This document shows positions 28,172 through 39,696 of a stretch of 64,000 nt of DNA, piece after piece. The notes under the pieces were generated by a model, which worked only from the letters and a program-made list of their open reading frames with translations, was not told where the DNA came from and ran no database searches. The position numbers and the translations under genes were made by a program. Origin of the DNA: Candidatus Levyibacteriota bacterium (GTDB lineage Bacteria > Patescibacteriota > Microgenomatia > Levybacterales > UBA12049); contig CAWBPM010000003.1 of assembly GCA_963790825.1 (NCBI GenBank), positions 189,681 to 253,680 of the forward strand. Reading direction: 5' to 3'. Position 1 is the stretch's first letter, and each line of letters starts with the position of its first letter.

Positions 28172-28419
28172 TAAACTTCTCCGAATATTTGCTCATGAGA
28201 AAATACATCACCTTTTTTATAATCTACCCTTGCTTCTTTGATGCTTTTAAGATAGTCCTTATTAGACAGAGCAAGTAAATCCTCAAACAAATCAATGTTA
28301 ACTAAAGCAGAAGTTATTTTACCTTTCTTAGCAACTAAAAGAAAATCTTTATTTTCGTTTACTTCATTTAATGCGTCGGAAAGATTATTTCTTAAAACAG
28401 TAGCATTTACAATATTCAT
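28171..28419 (-). CDS. Phd/YefM-family antitoxin
   Basis: 82 aa, MNIVNATVLRNNLSDALNEV N-terminus typical of Phd/YefM. Directly upstream of the RelE-like gene. Confidence 0.6.
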   Translation of the reverse strand: MNIVNATVLRNNLSDALNEVNENKDFLLVAKKGKITSALVNIDLFEDLLALSNKDYLKSIKEARVDYKKGDVFSHEQIFGEV

Positions 28420-28660
28420 GTTAATTATAATTATACATTATAAATGTACATTGTCAAGTAGCTAATCTTACGAAGCCTTTTATAACGTCTCACTTAGCCT
28501 TGAAATAATCCATCAATTATAATGATAGAAGGGTCAACAACGGCTCGAACATTTGCTATAAATACATAGGTGATAATTACTAAAGCGAAACCGTTCACAA
28601 CCTCTTCTGTTGACTTTTTTTAACCTTCTATATAATAATAGTAATTAAGGATATATAAAT

Positions 28661-28966
28661 ATGGGGCTAGTAATTTTTATTATCGTACTATTTTATTCTT
28701 TTTACTTAATGGATAAAATAAAAGAGAGAAGTAAAAAAGACGGATCGTTAACGCGTAGCGAGAAGATCCAAATTATTATTACCGAAGTCTTTAATCCAAT
28801 CGTTGCCGGTGCAGTTTATTATTATGGTTGGAAAAAAACAATGCCCAAAAATGCAAAATGGGCGAATCGATATTCTTGGTATGTTTTTGGCGCACTGATA
28901 CTTCTTGGTATTCTATGTGTCGGCATATTATACGTTTTATATCCTCCATTTACTTCAAGATCATAA
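28661..28966 (+). CDS. Small membrane protein, unknown function
   Basis: 101 aa with 3 hydrophobic helices. Confidence 0.35.
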   Translation: MGLVIFIIVLFYSFYLMDKIKERSKKDGSLTRSEKIQIIITEVFNPIVAGAVYYYGWKKTMPKNAKWANRYSWYVFGALILLGILCVGILYVLYPPFTSRS

Positions 28967-29050
28967 ACATTATGCTCCAAGACTATTAACTACACTATCA
29001 AATAATTCTTCCGTTTCGTAGCATTTTTTGCTACAATCTACAGTAGAGAT

Positions 29051-30028
29051 ATGGCTGTTCGCGTAGAAACGGTGCATCGAATTTCCCGCCCTCCTAAAGA
29101 TTCACGCGTTATTAACCTTTATAGCTGGAATGTAGAAAACCTGCAAAATCAGGAGGCAATTCTTTCAGGGCTGTCTGATATAACCCAGGAAGCAGAAAGC
29201 CATCCGGATGAACCAACAATCGTTGGTCTACAAGAAGCCCGTTCACATAAAGGTATGCGGCAAACTATTAAGCTGTTGCGAGGTGGGGTATTTTCACGGG
29301 AGTGGAACATTCAACATACAACTCATGCAGGTATTTTAGGCCGAAACAAGGAAGGACTGCTTACTGCTTCAAGGGGTTTAATTCACAAGAAAAAAGAAGA
29401 GATTCTTCTTCCGCCACCGACACGTTACTCTTCTTTTGCTGAGGCACTTGGTGATTCCAGACATAGCATGGCTGGATTGTCATTACTCTATACCACTACC
29501 GATAATCAGGATTTGCTTGCTATAAATACACATCTTCATGACTATATCGGACCGGAAGGTCATGACTGTCGTAAAGGAGAATTAGAACAAATAGCAGCCG
29601 ATTCGCGGAAGAAAAAGGCTCATATCAAATTAGTGTTTGGGGATTTTAACTCGTTAGGATTCCCATATATTGAGCCTAGGAGATTTGAACAAAGAATGGA
29701 GGATTTATTTTCCGCTCTTGGTCCTGCTTTGCATCTTACTCCTAATCTTGACACGTATGATATGCTGGCAAGTTTTGATAAGGATATGAAAATTGTTTTT
29801 AAGAAATTACTTGGTGGCTTAAAATTCTTACAAATTATTCCTTTGATCCGAGGCAAACATCGAGAGCGACTCGATCAAGCAGTATTACTACTTCCTGAGG
29901 ATAATAACTCAACTCCTGTGCCGATTGAAGATGTACAAGTAGAATCATTAGACATACCGGGTTCTGACCACAAACCATTTCGCCTCAGATTTCGCCGCTC
30001 GCGCCAGTCGGTAGAGCAGAACTACTAG
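29051..30028 (+). CDS. Endonuclease/exonuclease/phosphatase (EEP) family protein
   Basis: SWNVENL, VGLQEA, GDFN and PGSDHKP motifs in the order typical of EEP-fold enzymes. Confidence 0.55.
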   Translation: MAVRVETVHRISRPPKDSRVINLYSWNVENLQNQEAILSGLSDITQEAESHPDEPTIVGLQEARSHKGMRQTIKLLRGGVFSREWNIQHTTHAGILGRNKEGLLTASRGLIHKKKEEILLPPPTRYSSFAEALGDSRHSMAGLSLLYTTTDNQDLLAINTHLHDYIGPEGHDCRKGELEQIAADSRKKKAHIKLVFGDFNSLGFPYIEPRRFEQRMEDLFSALGPALHLTPNLDTYDMLASFDKDMKIVFKKLLGGLKFLQIIPLIRGKHRERLDQAVLLLPEDNNSTPVPIEDVQVESLDIPGSDHKPFRLRFRRSRQSVEQNY

Positions 30029-30053
30029 ACAATATGTTTATTGGTTTTAGTTA

Positions 30054-30077
30054 CAAAAAAACCCGCTCGTTAGCGGG
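30054..30077 (-). terminator. Intrinsic terminator after groEL (hairpin CCCGCTaacgAGCGGG followed by T7)
   Basis: Minus strand reads cccgctaacgagcgggttttttt, immediately 3' of the groEL stop. Also sits 3' of the convergent plus-strand EEP gene. Confidence 0.7.
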
Positions 30078-30113
30078 ATAATTCTTAATTTTGAATTCTA
30101 AACTTTAAATTCT

Positions 30114-32073
<1,960 letters not shown>

Positions 32074-32078
32074 ATCAA

Positions 32079-32105
32079 TTAACACTTGATAAACTTTACT
32101 GCTAA
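32079..32105 (-). promoter_or_regulatory. Degenerate CIRCE-like inverted repeat (putative HrcA operator) between the groES -10 region and its start codon
   Basis: Minus strand reads TTAGCAGTA-N9-AAGTGTTAA, against consensus TTAGCACTC-N9-GAGTGCTAA (7/9 matches in each arm). A TATAGTATAAAT -10 region lies just upstream. Confidence 0.45.
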
Positions 32106-32278
32106 TTTATACTATATAAACCAGTATGTGTCAATAGCTTATAGTAATAATGCTCTGTTGTGTCAAGTTACATGTAAAAATATCAAGGGCGCCTTGACCC
32201 AGATTAAATCGGGGTTGACACTTTTCTATTTCTTCTATACGATAAACTCAGGGGTCAAATACCCAGTGAATTTATTGT

Positions 32279-33436
32279 ATGAATTTAAGCGGTAAACGAT
32301 TGATGTTACTCGGTTTTATTACAGTACTTTTGGTAGCAATTCCTATTACGACCTGGTTAATTAGTCAGCAGCAACAAACAAAAAGCAATGCTGAGAAATC
32401 TACCGTTCTTTCATTCTCACCTGACTCAACACAATCTACTCCAATTATTAAAAACGTGGGAGATTCCATTCCCCTGGATCTCATGATCAATCCCGGCGTG
32501 AATCTTGTTACTTATGCAAAAATTGAGATCCAGTATGACCCTGCGAAGCTCGCCACTGATAGCGCAGCACCGTTCACGCCAAATACCAGCGTCTTCCCGA
32601 CGATTCTCGAAGGTCCTATTTATTTGCCCGGCAAGATTGATATATCACTTTCAATCGGCTCGGACCCGACAAAAGCAATTCAAACCCTTGCAAAAATCGG
32701 AACAATTACACTAGACTCAATTGCAGCAACAGATCCAAATACACCTACACAGGTAATATATACAACTGTCACACAAGTTCTGTCCCTCGGATCAAATGAT
32801 CAGGCAAGTGAAGATGTACTTTCAAGCGTTAATCCTGCTTTTATAGCAATAAGTAATAACACTGTAACCGGAACTCCGACAATGACACCTACTGAGACAC
32901 CTACCCAGATTCCCACGCAAACTCCTACTCCTACTACCTCTACTACTACAACTACTACAACAACAACATCTTCAGGGCCTACGGTATCTTGTAACGTCAT
33001 GTCTGCTTCGCCTTCCGCAAGTGGAGTTGCACCCTTTACTGCTACATTTACGGTCTCAGGTTCCAGTGCTACAGCAGCAAACATTAATAAGGCAACATTT
33101 AATTTTGGTGACGGGGGACTCGAAGATGTGACTAATGGCGGAGGAATAGGAACAACAACTATTACAAATGTCCAAGCCAATCATGTTTATAATTCAGCCG
33201 GAACATATAATGCGACAGCCATTTTAACAGATACTAATGGTAATACCAGTACACCGACATCATGTGCGCTTGCCATTACGGTAAGTGCCGCTTCAGGCGG
33301 AACTACTACGACGACCGTTGCTTCGACAGCTACACCGACCTTAGCACCAACCGGACCCGGAGATACATTTGTTAACAGCGGAATTTTCCTGACAATTATA
33401 ACCATTGTCGGCGGCGTCCTCTTCTTCGCACTATAA
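32279..33436 (+). CDS. Secreted surface protein with Thr/Pro-rich linker, poly-Thr tract and C-terminal LAPTG + hydrophobic anchor
   Basis: N-terminal TM/signal, TPTETPTQIPTQTPTPTTSTTTTTTTTT linker. C-terminus ...TPTLAPTGPGDTFVNSGIFLTIITIVGGVLFFAL. Confidence 0.5.
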   Translation: MNLSGKRLMLLGFITVLLVAIPITTWLISQQQQTKSNAEKSTVLSFSPDSTQSTPIIKNVGDSIPLDLMINPGVNLVTYAKIEIQYDPAKLATDSAAPFTPNTSVFPTILEGPIYLPGKIDISLSIGSDPTKAIQTLAKIGTITLDSIAATDPNTPTQVIYTTVTQVLSLGSNDQASEDVLSSVNPAFIAISNNTVTGTPTMTPTETPTQIPTQTPTPTTSTTTTTTTTTSSGPTVSCNVMSASPSASGVAPFTATFTVSGSSATAANINKATFNFGDGGLEDVTNGGGIGTTTITNVQANHVYNSAGTYNATAILTDTNGNTSTPTSCALAITVSAASGGTTTTTVASTATPTLAPTGPGDTFVNSGIFLTIITIVGGVLFFAL

Positions 33437-33524
33437 ATATTGGTTATTCAATAAAAAGCCTGGGACACTTTATAAAGTCTATCTTATTGACGCTCTTTTG
33501 TTTTTTTGAGATACTAGGCTACGT

Positions 33525-34328
33525 ATGGATACGATCTCCGAATCCAACTCACCGATAGTTCCAGAACCCGAAGAACCAAAACCACTTTCCAGATTGGAAC
33601 TTGCCCGCAGAGAATCTGCTTTTCAGTTTGTAGAATCGGGAGATAGAGTTGCTAATATATTAGGACAATTCGATAGTTATTTTGGTACTGAGGTTATAAA
33701 AGGAGTATCTATTGATATTATTGATGCGTATTCTTGGAAAAGCCAGATGTATACCGGAGGAGAAGCGCTGGAAATAAATAAAACAGCCGGAGTTTTTGGA
33801 TACGAAAAGGTAATATTCGCCCACCAATACTTAACAGCACAAAAAAAACAAGGAGTTGAGCTTTTTGAATCACAACTTTGGCCGGAGAAATTAGGAGTGC
33901 AGACCGAACATTATCTAGATATTACTACTCCCGATCTCGGACAAGAGCAGCAAGCGCTTGCTAAAGGATTGGCTGAAAGACCGGAATTATCTTCTGTTGT
34001 CGGCGTTCGCTATTACGCTGACAAAACTGGAAAACTTATAAAGTTGGGGTACTATCCTAAAGGGATTGTAAAAGACAAAAAACCATTTTCATCTCAGGAA
34101 TTAGTAATTAATGCAGATGTTGGGCATAATGACCCGTCAAATATCGTCGCTACTGATTATTTTATTGAAGATATAAAACCGAATGAATATGAAATGCTGG
34201 GAGCAGTAATGCATAGCATGGGGATAAAAGCACAGGAAGCTCTAGCTGAAGCAAGTATGACAGAGGAAGAAAAAATTGAGCGTTGGAGAAACAGACGAGA
34301 CGAAGAAGAAAATTCGGACAGAGGTTAA
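33525..34328 (+). CDS. Hypothetical protein, acidic C-terminus
   Basis: 267-aa ORF with no recognisable motifs. Confidence 0.35.
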   Translation: MDTISESNSPIVPEPEEPKPLSRLELARRESAFQFVESGDRVANILGQFDSYFGTEVIKGVSIDIIDAYSWKSQMYTGGEALEINKTAGVFGYEKVIFAHQYLTAQKKQGVELFESQLWPEKLGVQTEHYLDITTPDLGQEQQALAKGLAERPELSSVVGVRYYADKTGKLIKLGYYPKGIVKDKKPFSSQELVINADVGHNDPSNIVATDYFIEDIKPNEYEMLGAVMHSMGIKAQEALAEASMTEEEKIERWRNRRDEEENSDRG

Positions 34329-34334
34329 CAGTTT

Positions 34335-36164
34335 TTATCCGTTCTCAATCATTGAGAAAAGTGCTTCCTGAGGTAGATTGATTTTTCCCGTTGATAACAT
34401 CCGCTTTTTCCCCTTTTTCTGGGCTTCAAGAAGCTTATCTTTCCGCGTTCTGTCTCCGCCTGACATTTTCGCCAGAACATCTTTCCGAAATGGCGGAATT
34501 TCAGTTCGCGCTACAATAGCATTATCTAAAACTGCCTGGATAATTTGACGGAATTGTTGTCTGGGCAAAGCTTCTTTTAGTTTTTCAGTTTTCTCCCGGG
34601 CAATATGGATTCCATCTTCTTTATAGACAAGTTCTGAGAGGACATCAATAGGATTGTCATTAATGCGAATCTCTAAGCTTGCCAGATCGGCTTCTTTATA
34701 GTCCGATAATTCATAGTCCATACTGGCATATCCGGCTGTTACGGATTTTAATTCTGCAGACAGACCGCGGATAAACATACTGTAGGGCATATCGTACGAC
34801 AGCACTGCATAGATATCATGATATGCCAAATCAAGCATCTGGCCTTTATGTTTCTGACAAACAGTCATGACGCCACCGACATATTGTACCGGTGTGTAAA
34901 TAGCGAGGTGCATATACGGCTCAAGAATCATTCCGTCGTCATGCTTCTGATAAAGCACTTGAGGCATGGTTAAGAGAAGCTCTAAATTGAACTCCTGACT
35001 GAGCCGTTCTTTCACAATCTCCGCATGCAGTAAACCGAGAAACCCAACTCTAAATCCACTTCCTAGGTATGCCGAATATTCTTCCGAATAAGTTAGTGCG
35101 GTATCGTTAAGAGATAATTTACCCAAGGCTTCTCTGAGACGGACGAAATCATCTGGATATTTGGGATAAAGACCGAAAAAGACCATTGGCTTGGGTGTCG
35201 TGTAGCCGGGAAGCGGTATTACAATTTGGTCTTCCAATATAATTGTATCTCCGACGCGACATTCTCTGATATTTTTAATCCCACCAATTACATAGCCTAT
35301 TTCTCCGGCATTCAGTTTTCCTGACGACTTCAGAAAAGGCGTAAAAAAACCTACGTCTGTCGTGTCAGTTTTTACATTACTTTGGTAAAATTGTATTTTA
35401 TCACCGGTCGATACACTTCCATCAATTACTCTAACATAGGCAACAACTCCCCGGTATTCATCGTACACCGCGTCAAAAATGAGCGCCCGAAGCGGTTTAT
35501 GTATATCTCCCTTAGGTGGAGGGATTTTCACAACGATTTCCTTAAGTAGTTTATCTACATTTTCTCCTGTTTTGGCAGAGATAAAAAGTATTTCTTCTTT
35601 CCGGAAATTAAACACCTCAACAAGCTCTTTTACTACTATTTCAACCGTCGCATTCGGCAGATCAATTTTATTAATAACCGGGATCATAACAAGTCCTTCT
35701 TTTTTCGCAGCCATAAAATGCGCAACTGTCTGGGCTTGGATTCCTTGGGTTGCATCTACCAGAAGTACCGCACCCTCACAAGCAGCAAGAGTTCTGGAGA
35801 CTTCATAGGAAAAATCTACGTGGCCCGGCGTATCAATCAGATTCAGTTGATAAATTAAATCTGTATTATCTAATTCCGAATTTCTAATTTCCAAACTATT
35901 TTTGTTATTTGTATTTTGATTTTGTGATTTATTTAGTATTTCGGATTTAGTATTTCGGATTTTCGTATGATACATCATGCGAACAGGTGCAAGTTTAATC
36001 GTAATTCCCCGTTTTTTGCTGATTGGGTTTTGATCGAGAAATTGTTCTCCCAGCTTATCTTTCGCGATAGTATGGGTAATCTCAAGCATCCGGTCAGACA
36101 AAGTCGATTTCCCATGATCGATATGAGCAATGATTGCGAAATTTCTAATATGCGTCTTATTCAT
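34335..36164 (-). CDS. lepA: Elongation factor 4 (LepA) with a ~30-aa low-complexity insertion in the G domain
   Basis: NFAIIAHIDHGKSTL, DTPGHVDF, NKIDL. Start set at MNKTHIRNF because a TACAAT box sits 7 nt upstream. Insert ...KSQNQNTNNKNSLEIRNSELDNTD... lies between G2 and G3. Confidence 0.9.
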   Translation of the reverse strand: MNKTHIRNFAIIAHIDHGKSTLSDRMLEITHTIAKDKLGEQFLDQNPISKKRGITIKLAPVRMMYHTKIRNTKSEILNKSQNQNTNNKNSLEIRNSELDNTDLIYQLNLIDTPGHVDFSYEVSRTLAACEGAVLLVDATQGIQAQTVAHFMAAKKEGLVMIPVINKIDLPNATVEIVVKELVEVFNFRKEEILFISAKTGENVDKLLKEIVVKIPPPKGDIHKPLRALIFDAVYDEYRGVVAYVRVIDGSVSTGDKIQFYQSNVKTDTTDVGFFTPFLKSSGKLNAGEIGYVIGGIKNIRECRVGDTIILEDQIVIPLPGYTTPKPMVFFGLYPKYPDDFVRLREALGKLSLNDTALTYSEEYSAYLGSGFRVGFLGLLHAEIVKERLSQEFNLELLLTMPQVLYQKHDDGMILEPYMHLAIYTPVQYVGGVMTVCQKHKGQMLDLAYHDIYAVLSYDMPYSMFIRGLSAELKSVTAGYASMDYELSDYKEADLASLEIRINDNPIDVLSELVYKEDGIHIAREKTEKLKEALPRQQFRQIIQAVLDNAIVARTEIPPFRKDVLAKMSGGDRTRKDKLLEAQKKGKKRMLSTGKINLPQEALFSMIENG

Positions 36165-36244
36165 ATAACGCATTGTACCTGATTCGCTAATGTAGTGCAA
36201 AAATACATTTCTATTTTTAAACTTAATTTGCTACAATAGGAAAA

Positions 36245-36931
36245 ATGGAAAAATTACATGTTCTTCTTTTTTCGGCTATTATTATTCTTTTTATCGTTAT
36301 TTTTTTTATCACTCAGAATACTCCGATTTCGAAAGATGCTTTACCAAGTATTCCCTCCCTTCCTCCGCAAGCAGCAACATTTCAACCGGTTAATCCACAG
36401 GTTCAAGGTGCACAAACGAGTGCTCAAGCGCAATCTCAAACTAACGCCCAAGTGCCTCCTCAAGCCGATAATCAACAATCCGCGCCAAGAGATATGCAAG
36501 GTCCTATAGATGCTACCGTTTCTGCTGTTATAAAAACGTCCAAAGGAGATATTCATGTGTCGTTATATGGACAACAAGAGCCTAATACGGTAAGAAACTT
36601 TCTAGCGAAAGCAACTTCGGGTTTTTATGTTAATCTTATTTTTCATAGGGTTGAAGACTGGGTTATTCAAGGAGGAGATCCGAACGGCGATGGGACCGGC
36701 GGAGGACAGATGCCTTCCGAAGCGTCTACTCAGCCGTTTGTCACCGGGTCAATCGGAGTTGCCAGAGGATCGGATGCAAGTATTAATAATGCCTCACAGT
36801 TTTTTATTACCAAAACTGATGCCGATTGGCTCAATGGTCAATACACAAATTTCGGCATCGTGACAAGCGGAATGGACGTTGTGGATAAGATTCAAATTGG
36901 AGATAAGATACTTGGGATAACGATTGAGTAG
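36245..36931 (+). CDS. Membrane-anchored cyclophilin-type peptidyl-prolyl cis-trans isomerase
   Basis: N-terminal TM, Q/P-rich linker, then VRNFLAKATSGFYVNLIFHRVEDWVIQGGDPNGDGTGG (cyclophilin core). Confidence 0.75.
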   Translation: MEKLHVLLFSAIIILFIVIFFITQNTPISKDALPSIPSLPPQAATFQPVNPQVQGAQTSAQAQSQTNAQVPPQADNQQSAPRDMQGPIDATVSAVIKTSKGDIHVSLYGQQEPNTVRNFLAKATSGFYVNLIFHRVEDWVIQGGDPNGDGTGGGQMPSEASTQPFVTGSIGVARGSDASINNASQFFITKTDADWLNGQYTNFGIVTSGMDVVDKIQIGDKILGITIE

Positions 36932-36956
36932 TATAAATTACAAGATTTAATGTTAT

Positions 36957-37460
36957 TTAATACGATTTATCAATAATTTCTTTGCATTCTTCCAAATTAT
37001 TTTCTTCTGTATTTAGTTTTATCGCATCTTTGTATGGATTATTTTTCAAATTATTATAAATTCTCTCGATAGTTTCGTTTCCCAGCGGCGGTCTTTTTCC
37101 CTCAGGCACTCCTTCCCGAACCAAGTCTCGTTTTTGCAGAACTTTAAGCGGAACATCTAGCTCAAATACTTTTACCGGTATTTTCATAGTTCCCGCTAAT
37201 TGTACTGCCGAATCTATTGGAGTTATATCTTGAAATACTCCGTCTAATACTACTGAAAATCCCTCTTCTAAAAGATACTTAAGCGTTGCAATTGCCGAAC
37301 CATTTACGTAAGGGAGGGCTATTGATGAATCATCGGCAAAAAAATCTTTAAAATTATCGACTTTTAACCAGACAAATTTTTCGGAAAAATTCCTGTAGCT
37401 TTTGCCAATTGTCGTCTTTCCGCTCGCCGGAGTCCCTCTAAGAATAATTACTCTTTGCAT
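36957..37460 (-). CDS. P-loop NTP kinase-like protein (zeta-toxin/AAA_33-like fold?)
   Basis: Walker A RGTPASGKTT at the N-terminus, taking MQRVIIL as the start. The longer track ORF would overlap hicA by 112 nt. Confidence 0.45.
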   Translation of the reverse strand: MQRVIILRGTPASGKTTIGKSYRNFSEKFVWLKVDNFKDFFADDSSIALPYVNGSAIATLKYLLEEGFSVVLDGVFQDITPIDSAVQLAGTMKIPVKVFELDVPLKVLQKRDLVREGVPEGKRPPLGNETIERIYNNLKNNPYKDAIKLNTEENNLEECKEIIDKSY

Positions 37461-37473
37461 AAGATTGAACTTA

Positions 37474-37695
37474 TTAAAGTTTCTCAAACTCATTTCTTGA
37501 AATATTTGTGTCTCGAAGAATCTTCCGCAGTAACCCAACTCCCACTTTTTCACCGGCATGCACAGGAACTGTTGTCCGTCTTCCATCTTTATGTACCAGT
37601 CTTGTATGACTTCCTTTTTGATGGATAATAAGGAAACCTCGTTTCTCTAATATAGCAATCAGTTTTCGACCTCTGATCGGAGAAAGCTTAGGCAT
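37474..37695 (-). CDS. hicA: HicA-family mRNA interferase toxin
   Basis: 73 aa; LIAILEKRGFLIIHQKGSHTRLVH matches the HicA/YcfA signature. Confidence 0.65.
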   Translation of the reverse strand: MPKLSPIRGRKLIAILEKRGFLIIHQKGSHTRLVHKDGRRTTVPVHAGEKVGVGLLRKILRDTNISRNEFEKL

Positions 37696-37948
37696 AGCTT
37701 TGAATGGTTATTTCTTCGATACCAAAAAAATTGGAACGTGAAAGAGGAGATGCAAGTTTCTCTTTTTTTAGATCTTTATCAGATTCCAATACCAGCTCGA
37801 TTGCTTCTTTAATTCTTTTTCGCGCCTCTTCAAGAGTTTTTCCTTGCGTGTAACAACCGGGAAGTTCAGGAACTGAAGCAATGTAGATACCATTTTCATC
37901 TTGTTCTATTAAAACTTTAAATTGTAATTCTTTTATTGTCTTTGCCAT
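37688..37948 (-). CDS. hicB: HicB-family antitoxin
   Basis: 86 aa; YIASVPELPGCYTQGKTLEEARKRIKEAIEL typical of HicB. Overlaps the hicA start. Confidence 0.65.
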   Translation of the reverse strand: MAKTIKELQFKVLIEQDENGIYIASVPELPGCYTQGKTLEEARKRIKEAIELVLESDKDLKKEKLASPLSRSNFFGIEEITIQSYA

Positions 37949-38019
37949 GACATAATTATACCATGTTTTAGTGAGAGAAAATATAAGCTGGCAAGCCTTG
38001 ACAACTTTTTATACAATTA

Positions 38020-38595
38020 TTAATTAGCAGCTTTCTTTATTTTATATACTGTATGACCTCTTCTTTTTCTTATATACTTTATGTCCAAATTATGTTCTGT
38101 GCCTATTCGAGGGATTAGACGATTTAATGCACTAACAACAACAATCCAATACTCCCCATTGGGATTAAGGCGTTTATACGGATCTAAAATAAATTCTTGT
38201 GTAATAGCTTCGTCACCAATTTTAGCTGGAATATTAGAAACGATTAAATCAAACGTTTTATCTTTTACTGCCTCCACTCCTAAACTGCCTAGAGCAGTCG
38301 CATTAGTTATATTGTTCCTTATAATGTTGTACTTGGTATAACGAACAGCGAGCAAGTCACGATCAATCATGATAACTTCTGCCTCTGGATTATTTTTTGC
38401 TAATATTATTCCCAGTGGTCCATATCCGCAACCAATGTCTAAAATACTTTTAGGATTTTTTAAAGTAATAACACGGATTAATATATCAGTTCCGTGATCC
38501 ATGCCGAAAGTCGAAAATAAAGTATTCGCTATAGCAAAAATAAACTTTTGTCCGGCAAAAGGATAAATGATTTTTTTCTTAAAATAGACATCCAT
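38020..38595 (-). CDS. Small class I SAM-dependent methyltransferase (MTS/RsmC-like domain)
   Basis: ILDIGCGYGPLGIILA motif I, SNIPAKIG motif IV-like. TGCTATAAT -10 box 6 nt upstream of the ATG. Confidence 0.55.
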   Translation of the reverse strand: MDVYFKKKIIYPFAGQKFIFAIANTLFSTFGMDHGTDILIRVITLKNPKSILDIGCGYGPLGIILAKNNPEAEVIMIDRDLLAVRYTKYNIIRNNITNATALGSLGVEAVKDKTFDLIVSNIPAKIGDEAITQEFILDPYKRLNPNGEYWIVVVSALNRLIPRIGTEHNLDIKYIRKRRGHTVYKIKKAAN

Positions 38596-38661
38596 TTTTG
38601 GATTATAGCAGAATTGAGGCTAAAATGCGCAGTTGACAAGCCTAGGTTGGAATGGAATGAT

Positions 38662-38680
38662 AAAAACTCCCTTTCGGGAG
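38662..38680 (-). terminator. Intrinsic terminator downstream of rpsG (CTCCC-gaaa-GGGAG followed by T5)
   Basis: Minus strand reads ctcccgaaagggagttttt, about 100 nt 3' of the rpsG stop. Confidence 0.6.
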
Positions 38681-38779
38681 AGGAGTAGATTCTGGACGAG
38701 TTCACCTTGCAGAAGCTTTGGCAAAGCGGGCCAGAATGACGAAAATGCTTATCCTTCGACAAGCTCAGGATAGCTAAAG

Positions 38780-39253
38780 CTACCACCTAAAATGGGCGAA
38801 GGCTTTATTTGCGTCGGCTTGTTTATGCATGACTTCTTTTTTCCGTACTGCTTCGCCTGCATTTTGCGATCCATCCAAGAGTTCCTGGGCAAGTTTTTCT
38901 TCAAACGTTTTAAATTCCTTGTTCGAGCGCTTTCTGGCTGCTTCAATGAGCCAGCGAATTGCCAAGGATACCTTTCGATCGCTTCTTACCTCAATCGGAA
39001 CCTGATAATTTGCTCCTCCGACTCGTCTTGCTTTGACTTCGACTTTTGGCGCCACATTCTGGAGCGCTTTCTCAAATACTTCAAGCGCATTTTGCTCTTT
39101 TTTCGCAATCAGGTCAAAAGCTCCGTAAACATTCCTTTGAGCTACTGATTTTTTACCGTCTTTCATCAAGCGGTTAATAAATTTAGTAACCAGTATGTTG
39201 TTGTATATTTGATCCGGCACTGCCGCTCGTCTTGCGACTTTTGCGTGTCTCAT
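38780..39253 (-). CDS. rpsG: 30S ribosomal protein S7
   Basis: ...FINRLMKDGKKSVAQRNVYGAF... Confidence 0.95.
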   Translation of the reverse strand: MRHAKVARRAAVPDQIYNNILVTKFINRLMKDGKKSVAQRNVYGAFDLIAKKEQNALEVFEKALQNVAPKVEVKARRVGGANYQVPIEVRSDRKVSLAIRWLIEAARKRSNKEFKTFEEKLAQELLDGSQNAGEAVRKKEVMHKQADANKAFAHFRW

Positions 39254-39258
39254 TTATC

Positions 39259-39696
39259 TTACGCAGCTTTCGCTGCTCCTCCCTGTCCTGATGGTTTTTT
39301 CGTTCCGTAAATACTGCGGGCTGTCATCCTTCCCTGAACTCCTGCGAGGTCAAATTTACCCCGAACAAGATGATATTTTACCCCCGGTAAATCTTTCACT
39401 CTGCCGCCCCGAACGAGCACGATACCGTGTTCTGAAAGAGAATGTCCGACACCTTGAATGTAGGCTGTTACTTCGGTCTTATTCGATAGTTTTACGCGGG
39501 CCACTTTGCGAAGTGCCGAATTCGGTTTTTTCGGCGTCATAGTTTTAACAAGTGTTACTACGCCCCGCTTTTGCGGAGAATTTACCTCGGTATAATTCCT
39601 GTCTTTCGCATTAAAAAGCCTATGAAGTCCCGTAGCGCGGATCTTTTTCGTCCGTTTCTTTCTTCCATGTTTTGCTAATTGTGATAAAGTCGGCAT
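39259..39696 (-). CDS. rpsL: 30S ribosomal protein S12
   Basis: [14 protein letters not shown]...[18 protein letters not shown]...VRGG. TGCTATAAT promoter about 75 nt upstream. Confidence 0.95.
   Translation of the reverse strand: MPTLSQLAKHGRKKRTKKIRATGLHRLFNAKDRNYTEVNSPQKRGVVTLVKTMTPKKPNSALRKVARVKLSNKTEVTAYIQGVGHSLSEHGIVLVRGGRVKDLPGVKYHLVRGKFDLAGVQGRMTARSIYGTKKPSGQGGAAKAA

Noticed and set aside
38741-38780. Possible third, degenerate copy of the secA-end repeat (CCTTCGAC..GCTCAGGA..GC)
   Set aside because: Only about 17 of 22 scattered matches, with no extension and no secA coding remnant. Consistent with chance.
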